DNA of 64,000 nucleotides from Piromyces finnis finn (Eukaryota; Fungi; Neocallimastigomycota). The stretch lies in NCBI GenBank assembly GCA_002104945.1, contig MCFH01000009.1, forward strand, positions 186,001 through 250,000, in the 5' to 3' direction. Numbering within the stretch: position 1 is the stretch's first letter; the number at the start of each line of letters is the position of its first letter. A program made the position numbers and the translations under genes. Under the pieces are notes generated by a model. The model was given only the letters and a program-made list of their open reading frames with translations, was not told where the DNA came from and searched no databases. Positions 46,012 through 58,786 of the stretch are shown piece after piece.

Positions 46012-49000
46012 TTTTTTTTTTTTTTTTTTTTAACGGCATCAAATATTTTTACACTTTATTATTAATTTAATTAAAATTATAATACATGTTATAAAAAAAA
46101 TAAAAATAAAAAATAAAAAAAAATATGTTTTAATAAATACAAATGAATAAAAATTGGGTATAATGTATTCTAGTAATTTTAATTAAAGTAAGAAAGCCAC
46201 TACTAAAGTATAATAATTGTATTTGACTTCCAATGGAACACCGAGCCAAAGATCAAAATTTTATCATGGAAAAAAATTATGATCGCCATTGGTTGCGCTG
46301 GCCCTCCTGGCCTGTCTTACTGTTTCTTCAGCATTGACGCTCTTGGCTGTTGCTTCAAACCTTTTAAACATTGACCATTGCTGGCCAATAGCAAAAGGCA
46401 TGATTTTGGTTAGAAGTTCCGCGGTTACCGTCAAGAATGGTGTTCCTTCGTTAGTGCCAGATTGAATCTCACACTTGCCAAGTTCTTTCCCTTGAATTGT
46501 AATTGATATTGTTAAAAATTCTTCCCCCAAGAAGGAATTTAAATATTTTACTGCACACACTAGAATAATCATACACATTAATATTCACCGGATTATTAGA
46601 ACTATTGTTATTATTGCTATTATTAACTAAATTACTATCTAAATTAGAATTATTATCTTCACTATAGTTATCTTTACTATTGTTACTATTACTATTGTAA
46701 TTATTATTATTACTATTATTATTATTATTATTATTATTAATATTATTACTATCTCTACTGATATTAACATTTTCATTATTATTGATCGGACTGTTGGAAT
46801 TACGTTGACTGAAAAAATTTAATAGCTGGACTATGGAATCATAATATTTAATACGGATATCTTTAAATGTTGGACAATCTAATAACCAATGCTTAATACT
46901 TTGATCTCCACTCTTGCAACATGGACAGTAGCTAGGACAAACTGGGTCAACAAATTTAGCAGCTTTTGCAACTCTAGCATCCAACTTGTATCCGCTTCTT
47001 GCTTTCAATAGCCAGTAGAAACCATAGGCAAACTCTGGATACTCATATCATAATTTAGTAAAATCTTTAGTTTCTATAAATTTATTATCATCATAATATT
47101 GTGCTTTGATTGAATTTCCTCTGAGATCTTTCCAATAAAAGTTTTTAACTGCTTTAATATCTCCATGTTTCTTTAGTTTTTTATCTAGTGTCCTACTTGA
47201 TTTGCGCCATGTATATTTTCTAAATTTAGGAATGTAATTGACAAGGTGTGAGATAATACAATTCGAGTTTTTCCATTTGTTAAAACATCTAACCTGAGCT
47301 AACGCACATTTGGCTGACAATGGAGGAACATTCAAATCTTTTGAGATAGAGTATAGAGATATAAACGATACAGCTTTATAAACTCCGGCAACCCATCGTA
47401 TTCCTTTGTTAACATGCTTCTGAGCAATTCTAGACCTAACTTTGTTGGATCCAAGTAATGGTGCAAAGTATGAAACTCTGCTGATCACTTGGGAGTTAAG
47501 TACTAGCTTTTTGAAAGGAATAGAAATATTAGGATTTCTTAAGAATTTACTGACTGAAAAGAGTCCTTTCAAAACCTTGTTATTAGGAGCTTTAATTACT
47601 AGTTTAAGGGACAAACTCTTATCAAATGGAACACCAAGATATGTGTAGCAATAAGTAGTTGGAATGGGTTTTCCTGCTAAGTAAAATGTTGGATCTTTCT
47701 TGTTCTGATTTTCTATTAATTCAGGACGAATCACCATCGCTGAACATTTTTGGATACCAAATTCCATTTCATTATACAAAGCCCATTCATTAACTCTTTT
47801 TAGCATCTTTTTTAAGCATCTTCTTGATGGAGCATAAATAACTTTATCATTTGCAAAAAGACCACCACAGCATCGAGTGCCTCCTAAACTTGACTTCGAG
47901 GTCTTCACACTCTTTAAAAATATCATTAATAAAGAGATTAAAAAGAATAGGTAAAAATGAGCAACCTTGACGGACTCCTTTCTTCACATCAAAAGATTTC
48001 TAGAATTGTCCATCTAATTTGACATTAGCCTTAGATGTTAAATATTACTGATTGGGACTGAATCGTATGCTTTCCTGAGATCCAAAAAGACCAAATATGT
48101 CTCTTTATTATCTAATTGACGTCTACGACATATTTCTTGGATTGAAATGAAAAGACTGACACTTTCTTCCTTTTTTCGAAAACCAAATTGTTCAGGTCTA
48201 ATGAGATTATTCTTAAGACCATATTCTGAAATTCTAGTGGTGACAATTTTTGAAATTAACTTAATACCATTATTGATAATTGATATATCTCGGTAGTTAT
48301 CACAATCTGTCAAATCTCCCTTCTTAGGAATAGAAACAATACTGGATTCATTCCATGAGCTAACACTATCTCTCTTTTCGAGATTCCACCATTGGTGTTC
48401 CAACTAAGACAAAAAGAAAAGTTATCAGGTTTGTTGGATGTGGAAGAATCATTGCTATTATTATTAAAGTCATCATTAATAATGGATAATGTGTCAAAGG
48501 AATTAGATGAACTATTATTAGATGGCTGTGAAACTGACGAACTATCAACTATTGAATAGAGTTGATAGAACTATTAGAATTAATTGTTGAATGTTAAGGT
48601 TGAAATTGTGTTTGTTGTAGATCTAGGATACTTTCATGTTGGAAATCTTGTTGAAGATCGGATTGTTGATGGAATTGTTGATGGAATTGTTGAATTGAAT
48701 GTTGATGTTAACACTAATAACTAAATTAAATTTATCCTTCAGAATAACCTCGAGTTTTTCCCATAGCATACTAACTGACCATGATCGAATACCACGGATA
48801 AAGAAGGTGCTAATATCATCTAAGGGGATACCATAAAACAGGGTACTACGTCTGATATAGTTCTTATCTTTAATATAAAGGACTGACATGATGATTAATT
48901 ATAATTAAAAATATTGAATATAAAATAAATACTAATAAAAATTATAAATATAATGTATATGGGAAAAAATTCTGTCTCTCTCTTCTTAAAAAAGTACTGG

Positions 49001-49605
49001 ATGGTACAAGAATTGTTTCAATGCTTTGATTAAAGTTTCTTTTCTAGTTTTGGTTTGTTGTTAGTAAATTCGATTCGTTTTTTGACACTAAATTTATTTG
49101 ACTTTAATTATCTTTAGATTGTTAAAATTTTGAATCAAGAATGCCGACACTAGAAAGATTGTGAATAGTATTTTTACATGATGTACAGTGAATCAATCTC
49201 TTACAGGAAACAATACAACAATAGCTACATGAATATAAAAATACAATGCAAATGCTAAAGTTGCCTACATTGGATTCTTACAAGAGAAGAGTAGTACTAC
49301 ATGAATACATGAATAAAAGAAAAAATACAGCAACAAAATGTATTCCTCTTAAATTAAATACTATACAAACTTACCTGAACACCAAACATTCAACTTCTCC
49401 ATCAAATACTTAAATTCGATGGATAAATGTTTTTTAATCGCTCAGTATCATGAGCTTAGTCCTTATATTTTTCCCTATAAAGACTAACCAAGCATCCATT
49501 GCGCAATACTTGGATTTATTTCTACTCTCTCAGTACCATGAACATGAGTAGAGCCCTTTGAGAAACTTCATTTATTAAATAAATGAAGGCACGTTCCCAA
49601 GAGGG
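46012..49605 (-). mobile_element. Non-LTR retrotransposon family A, internally deleted, with 5' leader and poly(A) tail
   Basis: Leader 49438-49605. ORF start 48889 matches the 62487 ORF. RT motifs WNESSIVSIPKKGD, EQFGFRKKE, FLDLRKAYDSVP, GVRQGC, GGLFAND (FADD decayed), YTYLGVPF. CCHC CPCC...HWLLDC. 20-nt poly(T) on + at 46012-46031 is poly(A) in element sense. Confidence 0.92.
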
Positions 49606-49795
49606 TATAATCAATTTGTGGCTCATCATTAGTAAAGTTCCAAGTTATAAATGATTTTTCTTTCTTCCATTTCTGTAAGTGATAAAATAATTCTTATATT
49701 AATTATAGGAAAGAGCAAATATACCATCAAGAAAGCTAAATCAAGAAATTCTATATTTAGAGAATGCAGAACACTTTTAATATCCATCATTAAGT
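49606..49795 (-). mobile_element. Family B LINE fragment (right half of the split copy)
   Basis: taatcaatttgtggctcatcat... continues where 46010 stopped when compared with 36535-36750. Confidence 0.8.
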
Positions 49796-50101
49796 TTTTC
49801 TTTTAAAAATATCAAATATTAAAATAATTATTATTATTTTTTAAATAACTAAAAGATTACATAAACATTACAATATTAAACTATATTTACTATTAATTTT
49901 TTTTTTTTTTGTTAATTTAGTATTTTTATTTATTTATTAATTAATTATTTTATTACAAGTAATTTTATTATTTATTATTATATATTGTATTAACAATATA
50001 TGCTTTTTTATTTATTTTATTTTGCTTACTTTATCTATTTTTTTTATTAAAATATTATAGTTTTAAATTATTTAATTTTTTTGTAAATATTTTTTTAAAT
50101 T

Positions 50102-50857
50102 TTATTTTAAATTTCTAACAATGCATTTACGTTGCTTTTTCTTTTCAATAGTTTTTTGTTCATTTATTTGAACATCTTCCTTTTCAGCAGTTGGTTCATT
50201 ATTGTCAATTTCATCATCTGAATTAACAATCTCACTTTCATCATCATTTTTAGATGAAGTTGGTTTTGTGGTAGATTCAGTAGTTTGGGATGGAGCTGGT
50301 TCAGTAGTACCAGTTGGTTCAGTAGTTTGAGTTTGAGCTGGTTCAGTAGTACTAGTTGGTTCAGTAGTTTGAGTTTGAGCTGGTTCAGTAGTACTAGTTG
50401 GTTCAGTAGTTTGAGTTTGAGCTGGTTCAGTAGTACTAGTTGGTTCAGTAGTTTGAGTTTGAGCTGGTTCAGTAGTACTAGTTGATTCAGTAGTTTGAGT
50501 TTGAGCTGGTTCAGTAGTACTAGTTGATTCAGTAGTTTGAGTTTGAGCTGGTTCAGTAGTACTAGTTGATTCAGTAGTTTGAGTTTGAGCTGGTTCAGTA
50601 GTACTAGTTGATTCAGTAGTTTGAGTTGGAACTAGTTCGGTAGTTGTAGTTGTGGTTGTAGTTGTGGTTGTAGTTGTGGTTGTAGTTGTGGTTGTAGTTG
50701 TGGTTGTAGTTGTGGTTAAAAGTGGGGGTACTGTTTTTTCATCTTCAATGTTGATAGAAGATTGAGGATTATCTAAAAATGGATTAGTTTCTTGACAATT
50801 AACAACAGCAATACAGAAAAAAACAAATAAAAGTAATAAACTTAAATTTAACTTCAT
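50102..50857 (-). CDS. Secreted Thr-rich mucin-like protein with 14-aa repeats (TTESTSTTEPAQTQ) and basic C-terminus KKQRKCIVRNLK
   Basis: Signal peptide MKLNLSLLLLFVFFCIAVVNC, poly-Thr run, ~8 x 42-bp repeat, intronless, no catalytic domain seen. Confidence 0.85.
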   Translation of the reverse strand: MKLNLSLLLLFVFFCIAVVNCQETNPFLDNPQSSINIEDEKTVPPLLTTTTTTTTTTTTTTTTTTTTTTTTTTELVPTQTTESTSTTEPAQTQTTESTSTTEPAQTQTTESTSTTEPAQTQTTESTSTTEPAQTQTTEPTSTTEPAQTQTTEPTSTTEPAQTQTTEPTSTTEPAQTQTTEPTGTTEPAPSQTTESTTKPTSSKNDDESEIVNSDDEIDNNEPTAEKEDVQINEQKTIEKKKQRKCIVRNLK

Positions 50858-51544
50858 TTCTAAATTAAAAATAATATAGTTATTGTTATTAAAAATTTTA
50901 ATTATTTATTTTTTATATTTATTATAAGTTTTTATTTTATTTCTTAACCAAATAATTCATTTTTACCTTTTAAACAATTCTTTATTTTTTATTTATTTTT
51001 TTATTTATTTTTATTTTTTATTTTTTATTTTTTATTTTGTAAAAAAAAAGGTTTATGAATTTATTCTTTTTTATATAATTTTTTTAATATATAAATATGT
51101 AATATAATAAATTAAAATTTTAAATTAAAAATTTTATTATAGTTACACATAGCTTTATTATTCATAGAAATTTTTGTATAATAAAAATAATTTACTTGAA
51201 TGTGGCTTGAATATACATAATTGAAGAAGATTACATCCTTTTTATGAATAGAAACTATTTATTATAAAATAAAAATAAAAATAATAATAGTATTGTATTA
51301 AATTAACTATAAATAAGATTTATATGAATAACTACATTTCTATTAAAATATTTGAACTTCAGGAAGTAAAAGTAATAATTACAATTTATAGATACTATAT
51401 AACTAAAAAATAAAACATCAATTAAATTAACATCAAAAATAATAATTATTTTTATAATAAAATCAAAAGTTTTTACTAGAAAAAATAACAATATATCTCA
51501 TTATTTTAGTTCTAAATTAGTATTTATTCAATCTTCCAATAATA

Positions 51545-51750
51545 ATAAAATAAAATAAAATAAAATAAAATAAAATAAAATAAAATAAAATAAAATAAAA
51601 TAAAATAAAATAAAATAAAATAAAATAAAATAAAATAAAATAAAATAAAATAAAATAAAATAAAATAAAATAAAATAAAATAAAATAAAATAAAATAAAA
51701 TAAAATAAAATAAAATAAAATAAAATAAAATAAAATAAAATAAAATAAAA
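51545..51750. repeat. (AAAAT)n array (~40 units)
   Basis: Perfect pentamer array; source of spurious FILFY ORFs. No LINE end adjacent. Confidence 0.95.
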
Positions 51751-51989
51751 AGCATATCATATTTTTTATATTTTAAAGAATAATATTTTTTCATCTTAAT
51801 AATACGTAACTTTTACATTTTTAAATATCAATAATGCATTATTACAAATATTTTCTTTTATTTTTTGCTTTTTTTTTCTTTTTACAATTAAATTTTATTT
51901 AACTTTTATTTTCACTTTAAATTATATATTATATAAATTGCGTATTAAAAGACTTAATATATACTTATAACTATTAAATTATACAATCA

Positions 51990-54462
51990 TTACAATTCTG
52001 AATATGGAGGTAAATTATTATTAGGATCATTTTGATTATTGTTTTGGTTTATACTAAATTTTTCTAAATTCATTTTTTCTTTTAATATTTTCTTTTTGAG
52101 TTTATCATCAAACTCTTTAATATCTTTTCCATCTGTGGTTGGAATAATATTATCACTACTACTACTACCAGCCAAGTATGAATTATTCATCGAATAATTA
52201 AGCATATTTATAGGATATAAGTTGATTAATGTTTGACCATTCATTATATTATTTGGCATATTAGGATTTATATATGTAGATGATGGAATTTGTAATATAT
52301 TTGTTTCATTACCCTTAAACATTGGATTAGTTACATTAATAGAAGTAATATTATTATTAAAACCAGAATTAGTAAATGGACTTTGCATTTCCATTGAAGT
52401 AGCTATAGTTTGATTATTTATTGTTGAGGAAGATGCCATTGGAGTAGTACTACTACTAATCATTTGATTTCCATTATTATTATTAGATGCTTGTAATGTT
52501 AAATTTCTCAGAGGATGAACTAAGGAAGGATCATTTCCAACAAGTATTGGACTTTGTACTGCATTATTAATTATAAATGATCCATTTGAATTATTACTTA
52601 AATTTCTTTGAATATTTGAAATTGAATTAGAAGTAAGTGAAGATACTGCTTCTTTATGACTAGTAAATGAATTGTCTATTATTGTTTGTGTGTCATTACC
52701 AACATTAAAAGATTGATTTGTTTTATTTTCTTCAGCATTCTTTTTATTACTAAGTGAATCCTTATAGTAATTTTCATTTTTAACTGTTGGTGATATAATA
52801 ATATCTGCCTCTCTTGACTTTTTGCTTTTTTTATTTACTTTATACATCCAAATAAAACCAACAATACATAAAAGAATTACCGAAACAATTGAAAATATTG
52901 TTAATATCCTATTCTTATTATTTGGTCTTAATTTATTTATTAATTCTGATGAACATTCTTTATAATTGTTTAATTCTGGAACTATATTAGCACAAGTATT
53001 CTTTTCATAACAAGCTATTTTAGTATTTTCGAAATTACAATTTTCGATATATCCCGATTCCTTGAAATTAATAACACTCATTTTCAATTGAATATTATTT
53101 GAAAGATTCCTAAAAAACCATATTAAAAACAAAATCGTTTGAAAATAATATATTAAAAATTTTAGTATTTTGATTTATATAGTAACTTATATTATTAATT
53201 TGTTTGTTGTTATATTATATAATTTACAAAAATAAATTATTTACAAGTTATTTAAGTTGTTCATTCCTTTCATCATATCGTCTGGGACTTTTTTTAAATT
53301 ATTATTTGAAATATCCCTATAAAATAATATTAGTAAATTATTATTATTTTATTTATAACACTTGATATTATTTCAATTTAAAAAAAAAAAAAGTTATAAA
53401 AATGTGTGTATATGTGAAAATAGTATAAATGAAAAACTTACAAAGTCTCAATATTTTTAAATTTGTGGATTTCTTCAGTTAATTCTGTAATTTCATTTTT
53501 AGACAAAATTCTTTATATATTTTTTTTTTCATTAATTAAAATGTTTTTGAATATGAATATAATCAAAAAAAGTGCTATATTTATATTCTCATACTTACAA
53601 TTGTTTTAAATTCACTAATGAGCTAAACTGATATGGAACTTCAGTTAGTGACCCATTGACAATTTCTCTAAGTTTATTTAAAGGTAAATTATTAAAAAAA
53701 TAATAATAATAAATCATCGATTTTATATTTTATTATTACATTGTACTTATTTTTGAATTTGCATCACTTGAAAAATTTGAAGGGATGTTCTTAATTACTG
53801 AATTTCTAATAATTCTTAATTTTAAAATAAAATTAATTTTAGAACATTTATTTCTCCTATTTTATTATAATACTATACAATTCATTTGTATATACAATTG
53901 AGTTAATTCCGGATAATTCTGAGAATTTAATAATCTTGAAGGAAATTCTTGATTATTAAAATTTATATTAAATATTTTTCTACATTTAATAATATTTTAA
54001 TATAAATTTATAAATAAAAATAATTAATTTTAGGTTTAAATATATATATATATTGTATTAACTATATTTTTATCAACAATATTTTGATATTACATTGTTT
54101 TCAAGCTATGAAAAGATGGAAAATCATTAAAATTATTAAAATTTAAGTTTTCATCATTATTTAATCTAATATTTCTACATATGGAAAAAAAAAATAGAAA
54201 AGTTAAATAATTAAGTATAAATTATTCAATTTATATAATAAACAAATATATTATTTATTTCTTACAAAGAAGTTATATTATTATCTTGGCAATTCATATA
54301 GATTTTATCGTTACAATTGTAATGAGAAACAAAAACATCATAAAGAGCTCCTTTAATGTAATTGCTTAAAAAGTTATGAAGTTTTTCAATGTCATTCTCT
54401 TCCGCTGAACATAATACTAATAATATATTCAAAAAAACTACATAAAACTTTAAAATATTCAT
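51990..54462 (-). CDS. LRR receptor-like protein 3: signal peptide, 6 one-repeat exons, TM, Asn/Ser-rich tail, C-terminal LPPY
   Basis: MNILKFYVVFLNILLVLCSA signal. Phase-2 exons, e.g. LEIVNGSLTEVPYQFSSLVNLKQL and LDISNNNLKKVPDDMMKGMNNLNNL. Cys-rich CNFENTKIACYEKNTC, TM ILTIFSIVSVILLCIVGFIWM, ends NLPPYSEL*. Confidence 0.9.
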
Positions 54463-54789
54463 TATGCGAATATTTTTATTTATTTTTATTTTTTTTATTT
54501 TTTTTTATTTTTATTTTTTTTTAATTTTATTTTTTTTTTAGAAAAAAAAAAGTATCCCTACATAACATAAATAAAATTATATATTGTTATTTCTAATAAA
54601 TTATTGGCGTAAATTTTGTGAAACATTACATTTAATGATTATTGTTTCAAATATTTGGATTAAAAACCATTAAAAAAAAAGAATTATTATTATTTGTAAA
54701 ATTGAGACTATTTTAGAATAAGTTTATATATGAACCTTTTAAATCTGTATTTATATATTTCTTATATCTTTTACATCCAATAGTTTGAA

Positions 54790-55520
54790 AAAGTCATTTT
54801 CCTAATATGTTTACTAACTTCTTTTGGAGATTTATTTTTATGAATCATTCCCACTAGTTTAAAGGACCATTTATTCTAAAAATAATAGGACATTGTCGGA
54901 ATATTCTTAACTAAAAATGGGCAATAATACAAAACATTTTTTCCATTTATTAATGCAATGTATCTGAGAATTAGCATAAAAACTAATTATAAGTGATATT
55001 AATAATTCCTTAGACATGCTATACGGAGTTGTATTTGAAGTATTGATTTTAAATTCAAAGTAATAATATATTCTTCGATATAGAACAATCTGTGCTATTT
55101 TAATATTAGCTTTACTATATTCAAAGATTGATGTAGAATAAAAAATTATATTAAGAAATAAAATATTCCTTTTGGAATAAATGAATACACTATGGTTACA
55201 AAAAAAAAAAAAAAAAGGATTAACAAAGAAGTTAATTTTACTACTCATTTTCTAGATGATTGGTTTCATTTCTAAGGTTTAACCAAATAGTATTTCAAGA
55301 TAGGTATAATTATTAATTTTTGATAAGCGATGAATACCAAGATAGAAGGTAGGACCAACATTGTTGGATAAAGTACCAAAACTGACCAATTTAACTACTA
55401 ATATGGCACATTTGTTAATATCAAATATTACTTTGTTCTTAATTTCCAATTCATTAACTCGTTTTAATAATTTATTGGGGAATTCTTGTGCAATGAACAT
55501 AATATCATCAATGAAGTTTT
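54790..55520 (-). mobile_element. Old degenerate LINE RT / post-RT fragment
   Basis: FIDD...LKRVNE...KCAILVVK...PTFYLG...YTYLEILF and QIHCINKWKK, homologous to family A/B ORF segments, with many stops. Confidence 0.75.
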
Positions 55521-55674
55521 TTCTTTTTTTTAGATATGGAAGAGAATACACTTTTTCTTGTATTTATTTATTTAATTTAAGACTTTACATTATATTATGT
55601 TATAGTATTGATAATATTGATATAATAAATAATAAATAAAAATGATAAAATATATATAAATAAGGATATAAATA

Positions 55675-56222
55675 TAAAATAAAATAAAATAAAATTAAAT
55701 AATTAAGTTCAATGAATTTTGCAATTTGTACTGCGACTGTATAGGATTGATTCCTACTTAATAAATTAAATAAAATAAAAAAGTAACATCAGGTATGATA
55801 GTACAATTTCCACTAAACTCTTCCATGAGTTCATAAGGTTATCATTGGAAAAAATACTAACATTGAAACTTTTATATGGAACATTTATAATGTTTCTTTG
55901 AAATGCCGATACGACATTACATTTGTGCTCTTGATTACATTAGTGCCTTATTAAATCTATCAAAAAGTAGTTTCATTGAGCTACTAATGATAGGACTTGT
56001 TTTAGTAAGAAAATCTTCAAGACCCTCTATATATGGTGCATGAAATTTCGATGAACTATAAAGCTGTTTATTTAAATGCCTTTGTTCTGCCTTATTAATT
56101 TGTAGCTCATCCTAAGCTAAAGTTCCATCAAGAAGGAACTTATAAATATAGTTATAAATAATTTTTCTTTCTTCCATTTCGGGGAGTAAGTGATAAAATA
56201 ATTCTTATATTAATTATAGGAA
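55675..56222 (-). mobile_element. Family B LINE 3' end with short (TTTTA)n tail
   Basis: Colinear with 36130-36640 and with 45600-46010 plus 49660-49715. Confidence 0.85.
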
Positions 56223-56527
56223 AGACCTATTAAACAAAATAAAGAATTACCATTAGTTTTACAGAATAAACAAGATTCTGACTTACATTGAATAAATTTA
56301 ATTTTTGAAAAAGAAAATTAGAGATAATATTTCAATTAGGTCATCCGTATAAGGATTTCATAAATGGTCAAAAGCACTTTTAGTAATTTTTATCACTTTG
56401 AGGATGAGATACATAAACTTTTTGTCTAAAGGAGCATTTTAGGTAAGCAGCTTTAATGTCTAATCAGTATTTTATTTAAATTTAGCAGCTAAGGACAGGA
56501 TAGGTTAATATGCCAATAATGTCTGAT
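56223..56527 (-). mobile_element. Ty1/copia RT fragment, duplicate of 60454-60741
   Basis: Near-identical to 60454-60741; encodes decayed LDIKAAYL..APL...VYVSYPQ...KSLYG. Confidence 0.8.
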
Positions 56528-56674
56528 TGTTATAGTCATAATAAAAAATTTCTACAGTGTAATCATCTTCAAATATTCATCTTTATTATTTAATGATTAT
56601 TTAAATTTTAATTGAATTATAACTATAGTTAAGTTTGTATTGTTATAAACATCAATGATACTTTTATTCATTTA

Positions 56675-57290
<616 letters not shown>

Positions 57291-57343
57291 ATTATTTCTT
57301 TTTGTTTTGTAATTAATTTAGTTTAGAAAAAAAGTCTGGCATT

Positions 57344-57708
57344 CTAATGACATTTACCGTAGCTGGATTGACATCCTTTTTTTTACCACAATAATCAGAA
57401 GAAGTACCACAATACCCCCATTTACTACAGCAGTATTTAGTTTTAGGACATCTACCATATTTTGGACCACATCTTCCAACTACAGTAGATGGTAGAATTG
57501 TAGTAGTAGTAATTAGGAATATTGATTTATCATCATCGTCATTTTTTTTTAACTTCCGAGTACGTTTCTCCCATCAATCGAAGTTAGCCCCAATGGTCAT
57601 CGTCATCATCGTCATCATAGTCTCCTGATTTTCAAATGGATTTGCATCATCTTGACAATTAACAACAGCAATCCATAAAACAAATAAAAGTAATAAACTT
57701 AACTTCAT
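57344..57708 (-). pseudogene. Secreted CBM18 (hevein-like chitin-binding) gene with an in-frame stop and a frameshift
   Basis: MKLSLLLLFVLWIAVVNCQDDANPFEN..., then TGA. Downstream GRCGPKYGRCPKTKYCCSKWGYCGTSSDYCGKK/GCQSSYGKCH* is frameshifted in an A8 run. Confidence 0.82.
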
Positions 57709-58786
57709 TTCTAAATTAAAAAGAAAATAATTTTTGTTATTTAGATTTTTGTTATTATAGGATTTTATATTTATTTTAAGTTTTTTATATATTTCTGAAA
57801 AAAAATTAAGGTTTAAAATTTTTTTTTATTTAATTAACTGTATGTTAATTATTAGTTTATTAATGTATTATTAAATTTCAATTTTAAATATTTTATATTG
57901 TTATTATCAAATTGAATTTCCCACCAAAATGTGTATAATAAGCTGCACACTTAAGGGTCTTTCATCCGATGATTTATGTTCCATCCGTCACACCCTTCAG
58001 GATATTAAAATCACCCTTACTATACCTCTTCTGAGAGTTGCAAGGCTTGCTTATGCTGACACGATTTTGTTAAATTCAATATTGATAAGAATGAAACTTC
58101 AATTATCAATATTAAATAATAATATATAATTTTTTTATATATATTGTTACTAAATAACTATATGCAGAATTAATAAAAATGAAAATGTTTTAAAAAAAAA
58201 TAGCTAATACAATTTATTAAAATTGTATAACTTCTTCCTCCTCTAAAAGAACCGATATCTCCACCAAATGATATAACTCGGTTCTATTTCCTTTTTAGGG
58301 GAAAACTTTATGTAATAATATTTTTAAATAAATTTTATTTAAGATATGTTTGGCTATAAAAATTACAAGAAGCAAAGAATTAATTACAAGAAATAATAAT
58401 ACGTTTATATATCTTTTAATAATTGTAAACTATGTTTTTTTTTGTTTAATTAATAAATATATAATAACTAGTATAAAAATATATTTATTAAAGTATAATA
58501 AAAATATAATAAAATATAAATATAAAATATAAAATATTATAAATAAAAATAATAAATAAAAGAAATTATTTACATAACATAAAATTATGTTATATTTTTA
58601 TTATTTTAATTAATAAAACAAATTTATTTTGTCACTTAAATATATTTTATCTTGTGAATTTATTTACGCCTCAATTGCTTTTAGTCACATCATTACATGA
58701 CTATTTTAATTTATTTCATGTAATTATTAATAAAATAATTTTATTAATAATTAGAGTTTTATATAATATTTCATATCACTTTTTAT

